DNA of 64,000 bases from Catajapyx aquilonaris. Lineage: Eukaryota. The stretch is from NCBI GenBank assembly GCA_000934665.2, contig KZ538391.1, positions 1 through 64,000 of the forward strand. The letters run 5' to 3'. The translations under genes and the position numbers were made by a program. The notes beneath the pieces are model-generated. The model did not search any database. It had not been told where the DNA came from and saw nothing but the letters and a program-made list of their open reading frames with translations. The first letter of the stretch is position 1; each line of letters begins with the position of its first letter. Shown one piece after another: positions 1 through 13,161 of this stretch.

Positions 1-1319
1 TCTCATCGGGGTAACTGATACGTGACAGGCAATATTTAAAATTCATCGGTTTTTCTCGGCAGGTCGTTGACATTAGATCAATAACAAATTTTTTTTTAAA
101 AAAAAAATATGGCCTACATGTGAAACACTACAAGACAATATTATGTTGCGTTCTCCCAACTATATTTTTAAAAAAAGAGGTGACAAACCCTATCGTGTTC
201 TGGTCGATTGGTTGTACGATCCATACGTTTTGTATGTAGGTAATGTCCAATAAAATATGACACACTCCCACACGTGTGCCAGTCAAGCTCCCCCCCCAAA
301 AAACACCTGTGCATTGTCCGCTCAACACAGTGTGACACACACTCATTACATCAAGTGCCACACATGTACCGAACCGAGTTGTAATTATCCTCTCCCCCCC
401 TTCATACCTCGGATTTTAATTAATTAGTATGTGTAACTCGAGTATGTGATGACAAAATTTTCGCACCTCGCTCGACATTTTGAGTGATCCGCATGACTGG
501 CAAAAACCGGGTTTATAACTCACCCGGAAGTAGGTTGAGTGTGCGATCAACAGGTGTTCATTCCCCCCCCCCTTCGACCACCCCCCCTTGGGTTGTGTTT
601 ACTGTCTGCTTCCCACCCATTAAAGCCGGAGCTAAAATAGACCAGACTCGGGATTTAAAAAGAGGGGTGAGAGAGAGAGAGAGAGAGGGACCATACATAT
701 TATATACAACCGGTCTCAAATTCAAGACCGGACTGCATTCCAGAGCCTCTCGAATTTATACGGAGGCAAACAACAACAACAAAAAAATGTACATATTGTA
801 TAGTATAGTCCATTGCAATATGTTGCGCAACCTGTTACAACAGTGTAATTTATTTTCACTCGAAGTGTACGTGTGTGACTGCACGTATGCATTGTTGTAA
901 TATTTTTGCAATGTATGCAAAATTACATGTCACATTTTTCATTACATTAACCAGACGATGACTTTAATTGCGAGCTTAATTTATTTATAAACAATTTGTG
1001 GCGAAAAAGTAAATGATGTACTGATCCGGAAGCGAGCGATATATTTCCTCATATAAATACATGTAAGTAAATGTTTCCATACTCTGTGAGTATATGATGC
1101 GTACGACACAATGTCTATTAATGTCGTGACAATTCAATAAAGCAACTACAACTACAATTAAAAGGGAAGCAAACCCTGGTGGCATACTCTGGCCAGCATT
1201 TTAAATTAATTCGATATTATTTGAAATTACAACGCACTGGCTTTATTGATCTCAACAGGTTTGTTATATATTTTTTAATCATAATCGCTTCGATGTGTTA
1301 TCTGTTTGTTTATACAGTA

Positions 1320-1950
1320 TTAATTTTTGACTATTATTTCATAGGGAAATGCAATGTCGCGGTATTTATTTATTTATTCATTCATTGAGAGGAATTTAAA
1401 ATTCGAGTACTTTAATTATCAAAATCAATTACAACACATTTTTCTTTATTGAGCACACGCTGTTTATTGCATGTTTTGCTGAGAGTAATGTGCACTTTGA
1501 TATTTATTTATTTATTTATTACGATACCCCTTTCGAGGGCAGTACCCTTTTTGGGGGATCGTTCGTTTATTTATTTATATCAATTCTTAACTACCTACGA
1601 GTATTTCATAGGGAAATGCAAATGCCGTGTATTTATGTATTCATTTATTGAGAGGAATTTTATTTAAATTTAATAAAATTATTACCAATATCAATGACAA
1701 CACATCTGTTTTATTGAGCACACTGTGTTTATTGCATATTTTGCTTATTATGATAAAACAGAGGGTAGTGTTCGCTTTGATGTTATTTATTTCTTTCTTT
1801 ATGTATGTATTTATTTATACACTGTGTATACACTAGTAACCCCGTGATGTAATGAATAATAAATGAATTTTATTTATATCAATTCTGGACTACTTATTCC
1901 ATATGAAAATGCAATATCGTGTACTTATTTATTCATTTCTTTTGAGCAAT
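1320..1950. repeat. Degenerate AT-rich tandem repeat, ~270-290 bp unit, ~2.3 copies
   Basis: Block TATTTCATAGGGAAATGCAA...ATTGAGAGGAATTT...ACAACACAT...TTATTGAGCACAC..TGTTTATTGCAT recurs at ~1335 and ~1602, and partially at ~1895. Confidence 0.75.
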
Positions 1951-4348
1951 TTTCCCTCACAACGCAACAATGTATTACATTTTTATCTTAACTGGTTTTA
2001 AAATGCCATCACCCATCTCCCAATGGGCTGTCAAAAAATTATGTCCCCCTTTTTTTTGGTGTGTGCGTGTGTGTGGGTGTGTCTCTCCCCCACTCAAAAA
2101 TAGTCGTTCCCAACCTTCTCCATTGAGTGTACAAGACACACACACACACACACACATGCCTGCTTTGCCTGCGTGGCCGCGCATGTGTACGAATCGAGGG
2201 GGGGTCAATGGCCTACCCCCTCCACCTTCTCTCTCTCTCTCTCCCAACAAACCCACCCCCACCACCACCTCTTTGGTAGAAAACCCACCCACTAAAAACA
2301 TCCAGGGGGTCTCTCTCTCCTGCTCCATTCAGTATACGTCACCGTTTTTGAGGATTTACCGATGTTCGTGACGTCACGAGCAGGGTTTTTTTTTTTTTGG
2401 GGGGGGGGGGGGGGGGTTGTCCCCACCCACCCACCACCCGACCAGATATTTGGATCGTCGCATGTAAACAACTCGGGGTTCAAACGGAAAACAACAATGT
2501 GTTATGGGCATAATATAGGGCAAGACAAGTGCGGAAAAAAAAATAATAGAAGGCAACGAGGAAATAAGCACCAATTGTGTGGTTGCAATGTTTTGCAAAA
2601 AAGCCCTTTTAAATTGTATGGGGCGAACTTGTCGTTTCAAAAACAAAAATTTGCATTCAAAAAATTATGGTACAAAAAAAATGAAGGATCAATTGGGATT
2701 AACCCCCCCCCCCCCCCACAAAAATAATCAGGGTTTTCTTATCTTATGTTGCATTCATGACTAATTTCAACTACTGCTATTTCCGCTCAATGTTATATGG
2801 AAGACCTATTGCTATCGTAGGTCAATGATTTGTTTCAACTCACTCTCTTTTTTTTTGTTATAAGTTCTGATGGCAATGATCGACATAATAATATATTTGA
2901 CAGCTCATTACAGCAAGCTGTCACAAACATTAACATGTACTTGTATACGAAACGAAAGACTAATATTATTGCTGCAAAAATTGCTCGCAGAACATTACAA
3001 CTCTACATTCCATTTGCGTGCTTATTTTTAACTAGAATGCTAATTTCACCCAGATAATATAGGGACAAGTTAATAATATTATTTTTCCCCAAATATATAA
3101 GTGCAGTTATTGCAATATTGCAGTCCTGATATAACCCTGGAGTCCTAGAATATCGCGAATACAATATTAAAGTACTGCCATTTATAGCCGAATGCGCTGT
3201 ATGCATAACGGCTTTTTTTATTTTAAGCGAGCACAACAATATTTTAATCAGGAAAAGTGCCCGGATTTTTTTTGTTTTGTTTCGCTCTCGCCTTTTTTCA
3301 TGATCATTTCCCCGAGTCTGTTGCCATGGACACTCGGACTGTACATAGCAGCGTGTTGCCACGAGGCAGATTTTGAAGAGCCGCAAAAAGATTGGAATTT
3401 TCTTTTTCTTTAATTTGAACTCAGCAACATCCAACCTGAGCTAGGGGATCAGTTGCCCTGACTACGAATTTTGACTTCTATATAATATCTTGGCAGCACC
3501 CACCCACATCATACCAAATCATTTTTTCGTTTCTTCATCCGCGGGTATCCAAGGCAACTGAACGGAACAAAAACTCGGAGGCAGGATTAAGGGGGGCATA
3601 TGCTTATAACAAGACGTTTCGTAATGGTTCTAGGATCAACTCCTGATGGACGACAGAGGTTCATTTTAATGTACAGAGGGAATTCGTTTGGTCTAGGGTT
3701 TTCAAACGGGTATGAAATGTCTTGCAGCGGATGATATTTCCTACGAGACGAAGTGGCGGGGTGGTGGAGGCGCGGAGAAGTTAAAAGAGCGCGTCCGAAT
3801 GGGCATCTCGCCGTGGCAAAGCCACAGTAACGTTCGTTGTCCTGCAGCGCCACAAAACGTACATCATTAATTTTTTAAACTGTTAATAACATAAATAAGC
3901 CACTTTTCGTGTACTGTAGGAAATATCAGACGAAATTTTAAGCAAAGAGGCCTCACCTGTAGGTCCATATTACCTCTATCCGTTACAGTACAACAAGTCA
4001 GAATCATACTAACAGACCCTAGAGTGACATACGTCACCAGTATTACCCCTACATGTTGCATTATTTCAAGGGTAATTCTCCCTCCCAAATGAGGGGGGGA
4101 TGGGAGGAAAGAGTGGGGGGGGGGGATGCCATTTGCAAGTCAATTAATGGTTGGGGACTCATCTGGAAACCTTGGACTGTCCGTCCTCGCCGAAAAACCC
4201 CTCGGCCTTCACTTATTGGCGGCCGGAGGAGGAGGACTTATGGACTTATGAAGGCCGCCCCCGCCCCCCAACAATACACCCCCCCCCCCAAAAAAAAAAA
4301 ATCCACCTTGCACATCACAGGGTGGCACGTTGACTAAGAACAACAACA

Positions 4349-4466
4349 GGGTTCACACGGTCGTCGCTGGTCGTTGTCGTTGGTCGTTCCAGTCCACCAA
4401 TTGAGAAATTTCTTCTATTGGCATCTTGACGGATCTCGAACGACCCAACGACGCTCGTGTGAACCC
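4349..4466. mobile_element. Small palindromic MITE remnant (PIF/Harbinger-like termini)
   Basis: Inverted ends GGGTTCACACG..GTCGTTGGTCGTTC / GAACGACCCAACGAC..CGTGTGAACCC. Superfamily assigned from terminal resemblance only. Confidence 0.5.
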
Positions 4467-4755
4467 AGCTTCATTCGTGCTGATCTGAACCTATTGTTGT
4501 CTTCTGTGGGTGCGTACCACCCTGTAGTTGGCGGCCCAACAATTATCATTTTTGTCGGCCACCATTTAAGCCTGGTGGAGTCATAAAACCCAAATTACAT
4601 ACTCCAAAGTGGGTGGGTGGGTTGGGGAGGTTTCAAATTATTTTTTAAAATAAAAATTAAAACTTGAGAGAAGGAATGGAAAGGACCTTCTCCAAGTGTT
4701 GGATGTGGTGACCTTTGCTCGAGGGAGGGGAGGGTGGGGAGTGGGGTGTAAGGGC

Positions 4756-4792
<37 letters not shown>

Positions 4793-6456
4793 AAAAAAAA
4801 ATATGGAGACCTCGCCTTGAGATTAGCATCACAATAATTGACCTCGGTGAGGTGACGTCACTTTTTTTTCGATGGCGTCACTGGCAAGGTGAGTAGTTCG
4901 TCGAGTAGCAGCTGCTTTTTTTTTTCGAATAGATTTATTTTTAAGTTGACCAAAAATTTCAGGGGATGTTGTAATCGCCCCCAATTCACTTGTGGGAACC
5001 CGGAATTTTCGAAATGTCGCGCGGGTCCTGACGTCACCANGGGGGGGAATTCGCTACACACGAGCATTACATAATCCAAATTAATGAGAGATATTTTTAA
5101 TTTTGAGCCTTCGATAGCCGTTGCCAAATATGCCGATTACAATTACGCGCAAGTTGCTAAAATGTGGCATTTTAAATTTAAAAATTACATGTTGCAGAGA
5201 TGAATACGTATGATTATTTGTAAGTCGACGTATGAAACGCCACAATCGACAACAATGATTGTCAACAATGTACCCAACAATGCCAATATTGTGACAACAG
5301 TACAAAGGCTAAATAAGTAGTTTTTTTTAAAAAAAAATAAGGCAAATATTCCCGTCTTGTAAAGTAATTTTCGGATTTACTCGTGTAGAACTCACAAATT
5401 TTAACATAACATTTTAAAACCATGTACTGTAGCATACGATGAACTGTAATATCGCGCACCATTACCACAATTGCTGTACCGAACAATAGACAGGGTGACC
5501 CAAAAGTCTGGTCACATATTATACCAAATTTGGCAATAAGCTACAATACAATATTATTGCATGTGTACAGACTTTTGGGCTGCATATTATACCAAGACAT
5601 TTTTAACATGCAAAATTTTATTAATACGTGCAAAATGCGTTTTGAAGCTATCCAGATGGCATAATTAAAACATAAAACCGGAAGGAGATTAGCCCGCCCA
5701 CACCCAAGTAAATTCCGAGTATTACGCGGCATGAATAAGTAATTGCGCCGCACTTTCAGTTCACGAATCAATATCAAACGCCCCCCCCCCCCCANACGTC
5801 CCATTCAAATTAATTTCCACTCATTCCTATATCACTGGGAGACTTATATGCCTGATCAATAATTTTTCCTCCCTTTCCTATCAAATGATCGATCACACCA
5901 ACCCAGAATTAATGATGGGTCCGGCTCATCATCACCACAGGTCTCACCCCCCGCCAAAAAAAAAAATCCAACTCTACACATGTGTAAGCATAAGTAAGGT
6001 AGAGTGAATGAGCATGACGTCACGGTTCTGTGTGCGGCCAATGAGAACCTTTGGGGGGGTACCTGCAATGTTTGGATTCTTCCAGAGAAGGTCATTGATC
6101 CCCCCTCCTATATACACTCCTTTCATTTTCTCTTTTTCTGCCAACTATTATATTATCTTTATCTTTCTCTCTCTCCCCCCCCGGAAAAACTTGGGGATTT
6201 TTAAGCAGAGGTTCGCTGCGGTTCCCTTTCTCTCCCTTCTAATCCAGATTATTTCCTTCTTTAACCCACCCAAACCCCCCAGAAAAGCATAACTACTGAC
6301 AACATGTAGGAAATAAATTAAACATGCTATTTATAACTGTTATACAGCATATATTAGCGTGAACAGCTATTTGAAACAATTCGAGTATCGTTTGAATTAA
6401 ATTTTCAGAGATGTCGCAATTTTTAATGAATTTACCGATTTTTCTCGTTAGTTGAT

Positions 6457-6890
<434 letters not shown>

Positions 6891-8514
6891 TTCACGAATT
6901 TGACGGCCTGCATTGTCCACTGCTTGATGTTTAATTTTACAGCCGCGTAATTACACATAGACACGACTTATCAATTTTCAATATTGTCCCGGTATGTACA
7001 GCTTCCGGTGATGTCAAATTTTAATTTTTAAATATGGCAGTACTAATTTTGTATATAAAAAAAGAGTATGGTGACAGGATGACGCAATTATTCACTGTGA
7101 TTATTAACCCACATTGAAAATTCACACACACAAAAAAATTATCTAAAATATATTCGAAATATTCACTCGCATAAGTTCCTCATATATCGAAGGATTTTTT
7201 GGAAACGTCTCAAAAGTTGCGAGAATCCAAAAAGGTCGCATCCGATACTAGTCGACCTACTTTTATTTCCAAATAAAAACTGAGCGCAAAAAAAATGTCT
7301 TTAAAAAAATAAAAAGGGTGGGTCCTACCCTCCCCCCCTCTCCCCATCCCTCCCTCCACCTTCAAAATTAGCACCCGATCGATGACGTCACTTTCCCAAT
7401 ATTACCCTTCCCACCCCCCGATTTAGAGGGTCTGGGTTTGGTTTTTTGGCAGGAGCCCATTAGGTCATTGACCCCCCCCCCTCCTTTACTTACCCTCCTT
7501 CCCTCCCATCCCGCCCCCACCTTTAACTCTTAGCCTTTCTTCCTCGCCTTTCTGGGCTCTAGAATCGGGTTTCACTTCGACCCCCCCAAAAAAAATATTT
7601 AAAAATTTTTCAATATTTCCATCCATCACACACACCTGGTGACCTCCAGTCAGCAATGACCCGCGTTTGACCCGACAGCTGTCACCCCCCTCAAAATATT
7701 TACATGTCAGTGTCAAACATTTGCAAAAATTGGGGATGTCATTTTGAGACGGAATGTACACGCTGTAAATAGCAATGGGCATAAAAAATAATTGCAACGA
7801 GTGTACACGCACATTACGGATATGTCACCAGTTTAAAAAAATATATTGGCAATTTTTTTTCCAGCCGATTACGTCAAAAATCCGCGAAAAACAACAACAC
7901 TAGCCCAACTAAGGTCATTGACACTTGACTCACATGTGGCCACCTCACCACAAAAAAACTGGAGATTCCCTTTACATTTTTTTTTAAAAAAAAGCATTAA
8001 TATTTTAACACTTACCAGATCCGAGGAGTAATTTTTCCTAACTTCCCAGGCACTGTGTTTATATATTTTACTTGTTTAAAAAAATAAACAGCACTTAAGT
8101 CGGTGGTTAACCACTCGCGCACTTTTGACAATTATTATAAACCCGATACCAATTATTTCAGATGGGAGGGGGGGTCACAAATCACCAGGGGGGACAATAC
8201 TAATCGGTGGGTTATAATAATAATATTTTTTCAAAAAAATTCCGGCGAATAATATTATAATAATGACACGTTTAAAACTTCTTTTGAGGAAACCGCGAGA
8301 GAAGATTGGGAATAAAAAGAGCGCCAAACTCCCCGCTTGGCGGAGAGAGCGCGACTGAGACGGACCTTCCAACTGCGATCCTAAGCAGCGCCAAATTGGG
8401 CGGGGCCTACCAGGGGGAAGGGGGGTGCATTCCTGACGTCACTTTATACACGTCATTACTGCTACACACACACACACACACACTGACACACCTGGAGAAG
8501 GACAAGGAACGTCA

Positions 8515-10320
8515 CTCTTGTGACGTCCACCGGGTTCAACCTTCGAAATTCACACGTTCCCCGCTTCCATTCAAACGTCCCCGTAGCTATTTCTGGCAAT
8601 AAGCAGCTACTTTTGCACTACTATGTTAGCTAATATCACAGTTACGACGTCACGGGTTTTAAGCTTCCAAATAACGTTCCCGGTTCACATTCAAATGTGT
8701 CAGGGAGCTATTTTTGGCAATAAGCAGCTACCTTGCACTAATATATTAGCTAATATCACAGATAAATCACAGTTACGACGTCACGGGTTTTAAGCTTCCA
8801 AATACACGTTCCCGGTTCACATTCAAATGTGTCATGGGCTATTTCAGGCGATAAGCAGCTACTTTGCACTAATATATTAGCTATTATCGATAAATAACAG
8901 TTTCGACGTCACGGGTTTCAAGCTTCCAAATTGGTTCCCGGTTCAAATGAGTCAGGGGCTATATTTGGCACTAAGCAGCTTATTTCACTAATATATTAGC
9001 TGGTATTGTTACAGTGACGCTTGTGACGTCATGGATTCAATCTTCGAAAGTCTGCACTTGTCCCCAATCAATTCAAGTGTCGGTAGCTATTTTTTGGGCA
9101 CTAAGCAGCTACTTGGCAACAGCTATCTGTACAAAAAATGAGCTAATATTGTTAAATCTTAGTTATGACGTCACGGGTTTCAATTTTTAGAGCGCACTCT
9201 CGGTTCAAATTCATGTGTCAGCTGTAGAGCTATTTTTGGTACTAAGCAGCTACCTGATGGTAATCGCTACTTGCACCTAATATATCAGCTAATTATATGG
9301 TTAGCCACGGTTGAACCTTCAAATTTCATTCAACGTGCCAGTAGCTATTCCTGGCGCTAAACAGCTAATTGCTAACAGCTACTTGTACGCAATATTAGCT
9401 AATCTGCTTATGGTTGCGACGTCGCGGGTTTAAACTTTCGAACTACACTACCGGATCCTTTTTTTAAATGTCAGTATAGCTATTTTGGGCACGAAGCAGC
9501 TACACCTGATATAATAGAAACTTGCACTAATATACAGGGTGGACCAACTTCAAGTGTCGTTTTATAACGGCTATTAATAGAAGCGCTTTACGATTGACGT
9601 AGCAGCGACGTGTAAAATGTCGATGGCGCCGAAGTGGGACATTTTACACGTCGCTGCTACGTCATCGCAAAATCACTGCTATTAATCGCCGTTATAAAAC
9701 GACACTTGAAGTTGGTACACCTTAGCTCATGTTTTTAAAGTCACGAGTTTCAACCTTCAAGAGCATATCCCGGTTCAATTCAAACATGTCATCAGTAGCT
9801 ATTTCTGGCAACAAGCAGCTAATTTGTACAAAAAATTAGCTAATATTGATAAATCGCGGTTGTGACGTCAGCGGTTTCAACCTTTTGCAGTGCACTCCAG
9901 GTTCTTATTCAAATGCATCACTAGCTATATTTGGTGGGCACTAAACAGCTACTTGGTAATAGCTGCCCGCAAGTGCTAATATATTACTAGCTACCATCGT
10001 TAAAGTAGCGGTTCGGGCTTCAAACTTGCCAGTAGCCATTTTGGCACTAAGCAGCTACTTGGTAACAGCCATCTGTATACATAAATGCTAGCTAATATTG
10101 TTAAAAGACGCCGATGTGATGCTACGCGGGATTCAACCTGCCACTTATTTGTGCACTAAGCAGCTACTTCATAACAGCTATTTGGATTAAATAATATCAG
10201 CTAGTTTTGCTAAAGTAACGGTTGTGACGTCATGGGTTTCATCCCGGTTCCATTCAAAAGAGGCAGTAGTTATTTTTGGCACTAAGCAGCTACACGGACA
10301 AAAAAATATTAGCTAAAGTT
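8515..10320. repeat. Degenerate tandem array, 13 units of ~120-140 bp, most with a CRE-like GACGTCAC core
   Basis: Motif AGCTAT(T)nGGCACTAAGCAGCTA recurs at ~8603, 8723, 8855, 8975, 9105, 9246, 9362, 9496, 9814, 9945, 10030, 10160 and 10286. It is followed by ATATTAGCTAATAT and (T/C)GACGTCACGGGTTT. Confidence 0.9.
9535..9721. mobile_element. Fold-back MITE with Tc1/mariner-type TA|CAGGGT end, inserted into the tandem array
   Basis: Long inverted arms CAGGGTGGACCAACTTCAAGTGTCGTTTTATAACGGC...ACGTAGCAGCGACGTGTAAAATGTC / GACATTTTACACGTCGCTGCTACGT...GCCGTTATAAAACGACACTTGAAGTTGGTACACC. It splits the array motif AATATA|TTAGCT and lengthens that unit to ~318 bp. Confidence 0.85.
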
Positions 10321-10739
10321 GCACAAAATGAGTTGAAGAATCGGGTGGCAAATAACATTATTCTGGATAGAAAAACATTGAGTACAAGATAAATAATATT
10401 AGTCCCGTACGTGCCTGACAACGAAGTGCGCCCTAATTAGCTGGTCCGGTGAAGAAGAAAGAAAGGGGGGGGGGGGGGGGGNTTGGGTGAAAATTTTGAC
10501 ACCAAATCATAATTCACACCTAACTGATCACGTGGGAAATAATTTTTTAGTTAATTTTACAGATTCAGAAATATTTTCCAAATAAAAACGGTCCCAGAGG
10601 CAGGGTTACGAATCACATTTAATGGAACATAATTAATATAATTAAACATGCCCCATTTACTGTTATTTATTGGCATTATAATTTTACTTATTATCTATTT
10701 AGATACCTTTATCACTTAATGCTGTATTTGCTATTTATT

Positions 10740-11016
10740 GACGGAAGGTGGCGGAGGGGATATGGTATCCGACTGCTAATCGGGAGGTCCTGGGTTCGAA
10801 TCCCGATGCCGGCAACTCTAACCGTGGTTGTTTGTGGTTTCCCACGGTTCCTCCAGGAGAATTCCGGAGTTGTTTCCTAAGCTAATAGGCCACAGCCGCC
10901 TCCTTCCTTTCCTATCTCAAAAAGCGCAGTAAAATCGAAACGAAGAGTTCCAGTCAAAAAAACAAAAAATATCCCCCCCCTAAAGAGCCGCCGGCTGATA
11001 ACGGGGTATGAATTAT
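10740..11016 (+). mobile_element. tRNA-derived SINE (tRNA-Ser(GCT)-like head) with 15-bp target-site duplication
   Basis: A-box TGGCGGAGGGG, anticodon arm TCCGA-CTGCTAA-TCGGG and B-box GGTTCGAATCC. A non-tRNA body follows (GTGGTTTCCC...CCAGG...TAGGCCACAGCCGCCTCCTTCC), then an (ATT)n tail. TSD TATTTGCTATTTATT at 10725-10739 and 11017-11031. Confidence 0.85.
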
Positions 11017-11094
11017 TATTTGCTATTTATTGATATTTTAATACGTTATTTATCATTAAATTTTTAATGTTTGATTTAGTGTCCATTGATATTT

Positions 11095-11345
11095 TATTAG
11101 TTATTGTTCGATATCTTAATATTTAATTTATTGTTCGATATTTTCATATTTTATTTATTGATCGATATTTTCATATTTTATTTATTGTTCGATATTTTAA
11201 TATTTAATTTATTGCTCGATATTTTCATATTTTATTTATTGTTCGATATTTTAATAGGTATTTATCATTTAATTTTTGATGTTTTTCGCGTTCATTGATA
11301 TTTTATTAGTTATTGTTAGATATTTAAATATTTATCATTTAATTT
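11095..11345. repeat. AT-rich 27-bp minisatellite
   Basis: TTATTGTTCGATATTTTCATATTTTAT-type unit repeated ~6 times plus degenerate flanks. It explains the 9-aa periodic spurious ORF 11104-11298. Confidence 0.85.
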
Positions 11346-12827
11346 TTAATTACACATTTGAATTAAATAGCAAAATAAGAATCGAATTAAAATGAAGGCA
11401 GCGATAGTAAATAATAGTATAATAATAGTAAACGAAGTTTTTTTTAAATGCACGTAAATAAAATACTCGTGCAATAATAATAGAGTACAAAAATAATAAT
11501 TATTCCACGAACGTGCTGAAAAATAATCAGACATCAACCCCTCTCCATATTATTTCAAAAAGGCAAAATCATGTAATAAAAAAAATGTGTACAAAACATT
11601 CCCATTGATAACATTAATCGATTTACATGAGTACTGTACGTACCATGCCAGTATTGTCATATTTTGTTTTTTTTCCTAAGAGCAATAATTGGACCACGTT
11701 TTAACGTCCTTGGTTGGCAGCCTCGAAAGGTGAATGATTCCTCGCTCCAAGCAGAGAAGGAGAAGGAGAGAGAAAAAAAAAAGTGTGGCACATAATCCGT
11801 CGCATCTATAAAAAAAAAAGGCAGGCATAGAAGAAAAAAAAATGGATAACAAAAAAAAAAAGAGTAGCTAGAGAGAAAAAGTAGGTGACGTCAGTGGGTG
11901 TTTACGGTGACGCCACGTGTCATTCACCCCTCCTTCAGACCTCGTTTCTCTTCCTTCCTTCTGGGCCTCTAGCTGGTATCGATCCCCTTTACTCTCTATA
12001 CCCAAAAAACCTTACCAGCCCAAGAGCAACGACTCCTCCACATCCCCCTCCCTCAAGGAGGGTGGGTGGGTGGGGGATAAATTAATCACATAAACCTCCC
12101 CCAAACAGAAAACGTAACCCGAATCGATCTACTATACCTACACAGAAATAGACCTATTCATTCATGCTTCCTTAGCAACAACCCTGCCACTACTATCATT
12201 TTTTATGCATTAATATTTATTGCAAAAAATATTATTAATAAATAGGTGTTACGTATACGGGGAGGAATTAAGTCGCATTTAAAAAATGTCGATGGAAGAA
12301 ATATTATTAGCATAGGTTCACTTCAGTCGATAAAAATATTAATTATTATATTAAACAAGTCGTACGAATAAAGCCGCTTTTGTCTACTGATATTTTTGTG
12401 TCACCGTGTAGCATTTAAAAAAAATTGAATGTAGAATAAAATATATCCACAAATGCATAAAATGTTACAGAATAATTTGATTAATAAAATAATAATCGGA
12501 CGATGGTCGTACTTTAAAATAATATTATTAATATTTTTTTTCTCTCGTGCAAATATAGAGCTGGTTTTTGTCTCATTGTGTCGCATCAAACTAAAATAAA
12601 TGGCGAATAAAATATATCCACATAAATGCGCGAAATGTTATAAAAATAAAATAATGCGAAATGCCATTATGTCCGTAAAAACAGGAAATGTTATACATTA
12701 AACAAAATGGCTATTAAAATATATCCATATAAATGCGCGAAATGTTATAAAAATAAAAGAATGCAAAAAATGGCATACTTGCATAACCATAAACGTCATA
12801 AAATATTAATATAGGACACGAGTGCCT

Positions 12828-12903
12828 GATTCGATAGCTCCTAACCGATCGTTAGCACGCCGTTAAAAAGATGTCCTAACGACCTGTTAGGAGCTATCGA
12901 ATC
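12828..12903. other. 76-nt near-perfect hairpin (MITE remnant or pre-miRNA-like)
   Basis: GATTCGATAGCTCCTAAC.GATCGTTAG...CTAACGAC..GTTAGGAGCTATCGAATC. The outer 18 bp are perfect and the total stem is ~30 bp. Confidence 0.7.
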
Positions 12904-13114
12904 GGTTGGTGCAATCGGGCAGAGATCTCCTTTTAACTTAGCATAAACCTGCCATTTTAATGAGCATTAATTAATATTTTATATCGATGGACAGCACAAA
13001 GTCGCAAATAAACCACGAATATTATGTCGTACATTAAATTATTCGAATTAAAAATAATTAATTATTAACGGTCCTTCCTTCCAACTGAATCCATATTCTT
13101 CCAAGAAATGTACC

Positions 13115-13161
<47 letters not shown>

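Noticed and set aside
8515..10320. CRISPR-like appearance (conserved palindromic boxes separated by variable DNA)
   Set aside because: Linkers are homologous to each other rather than unique spacers, the boxes are degenerate, the period is ~130 bp, there are no cas genes, and the context is a spliced eukaryotic genome.
10740..10815. tRNA-Ser(GCT) gene
   Set aside because: The acceptor stem is mismatched and there is no Ser variable arm or poly-T terminator. It continues into a SINE body and is flanked by a TSD.
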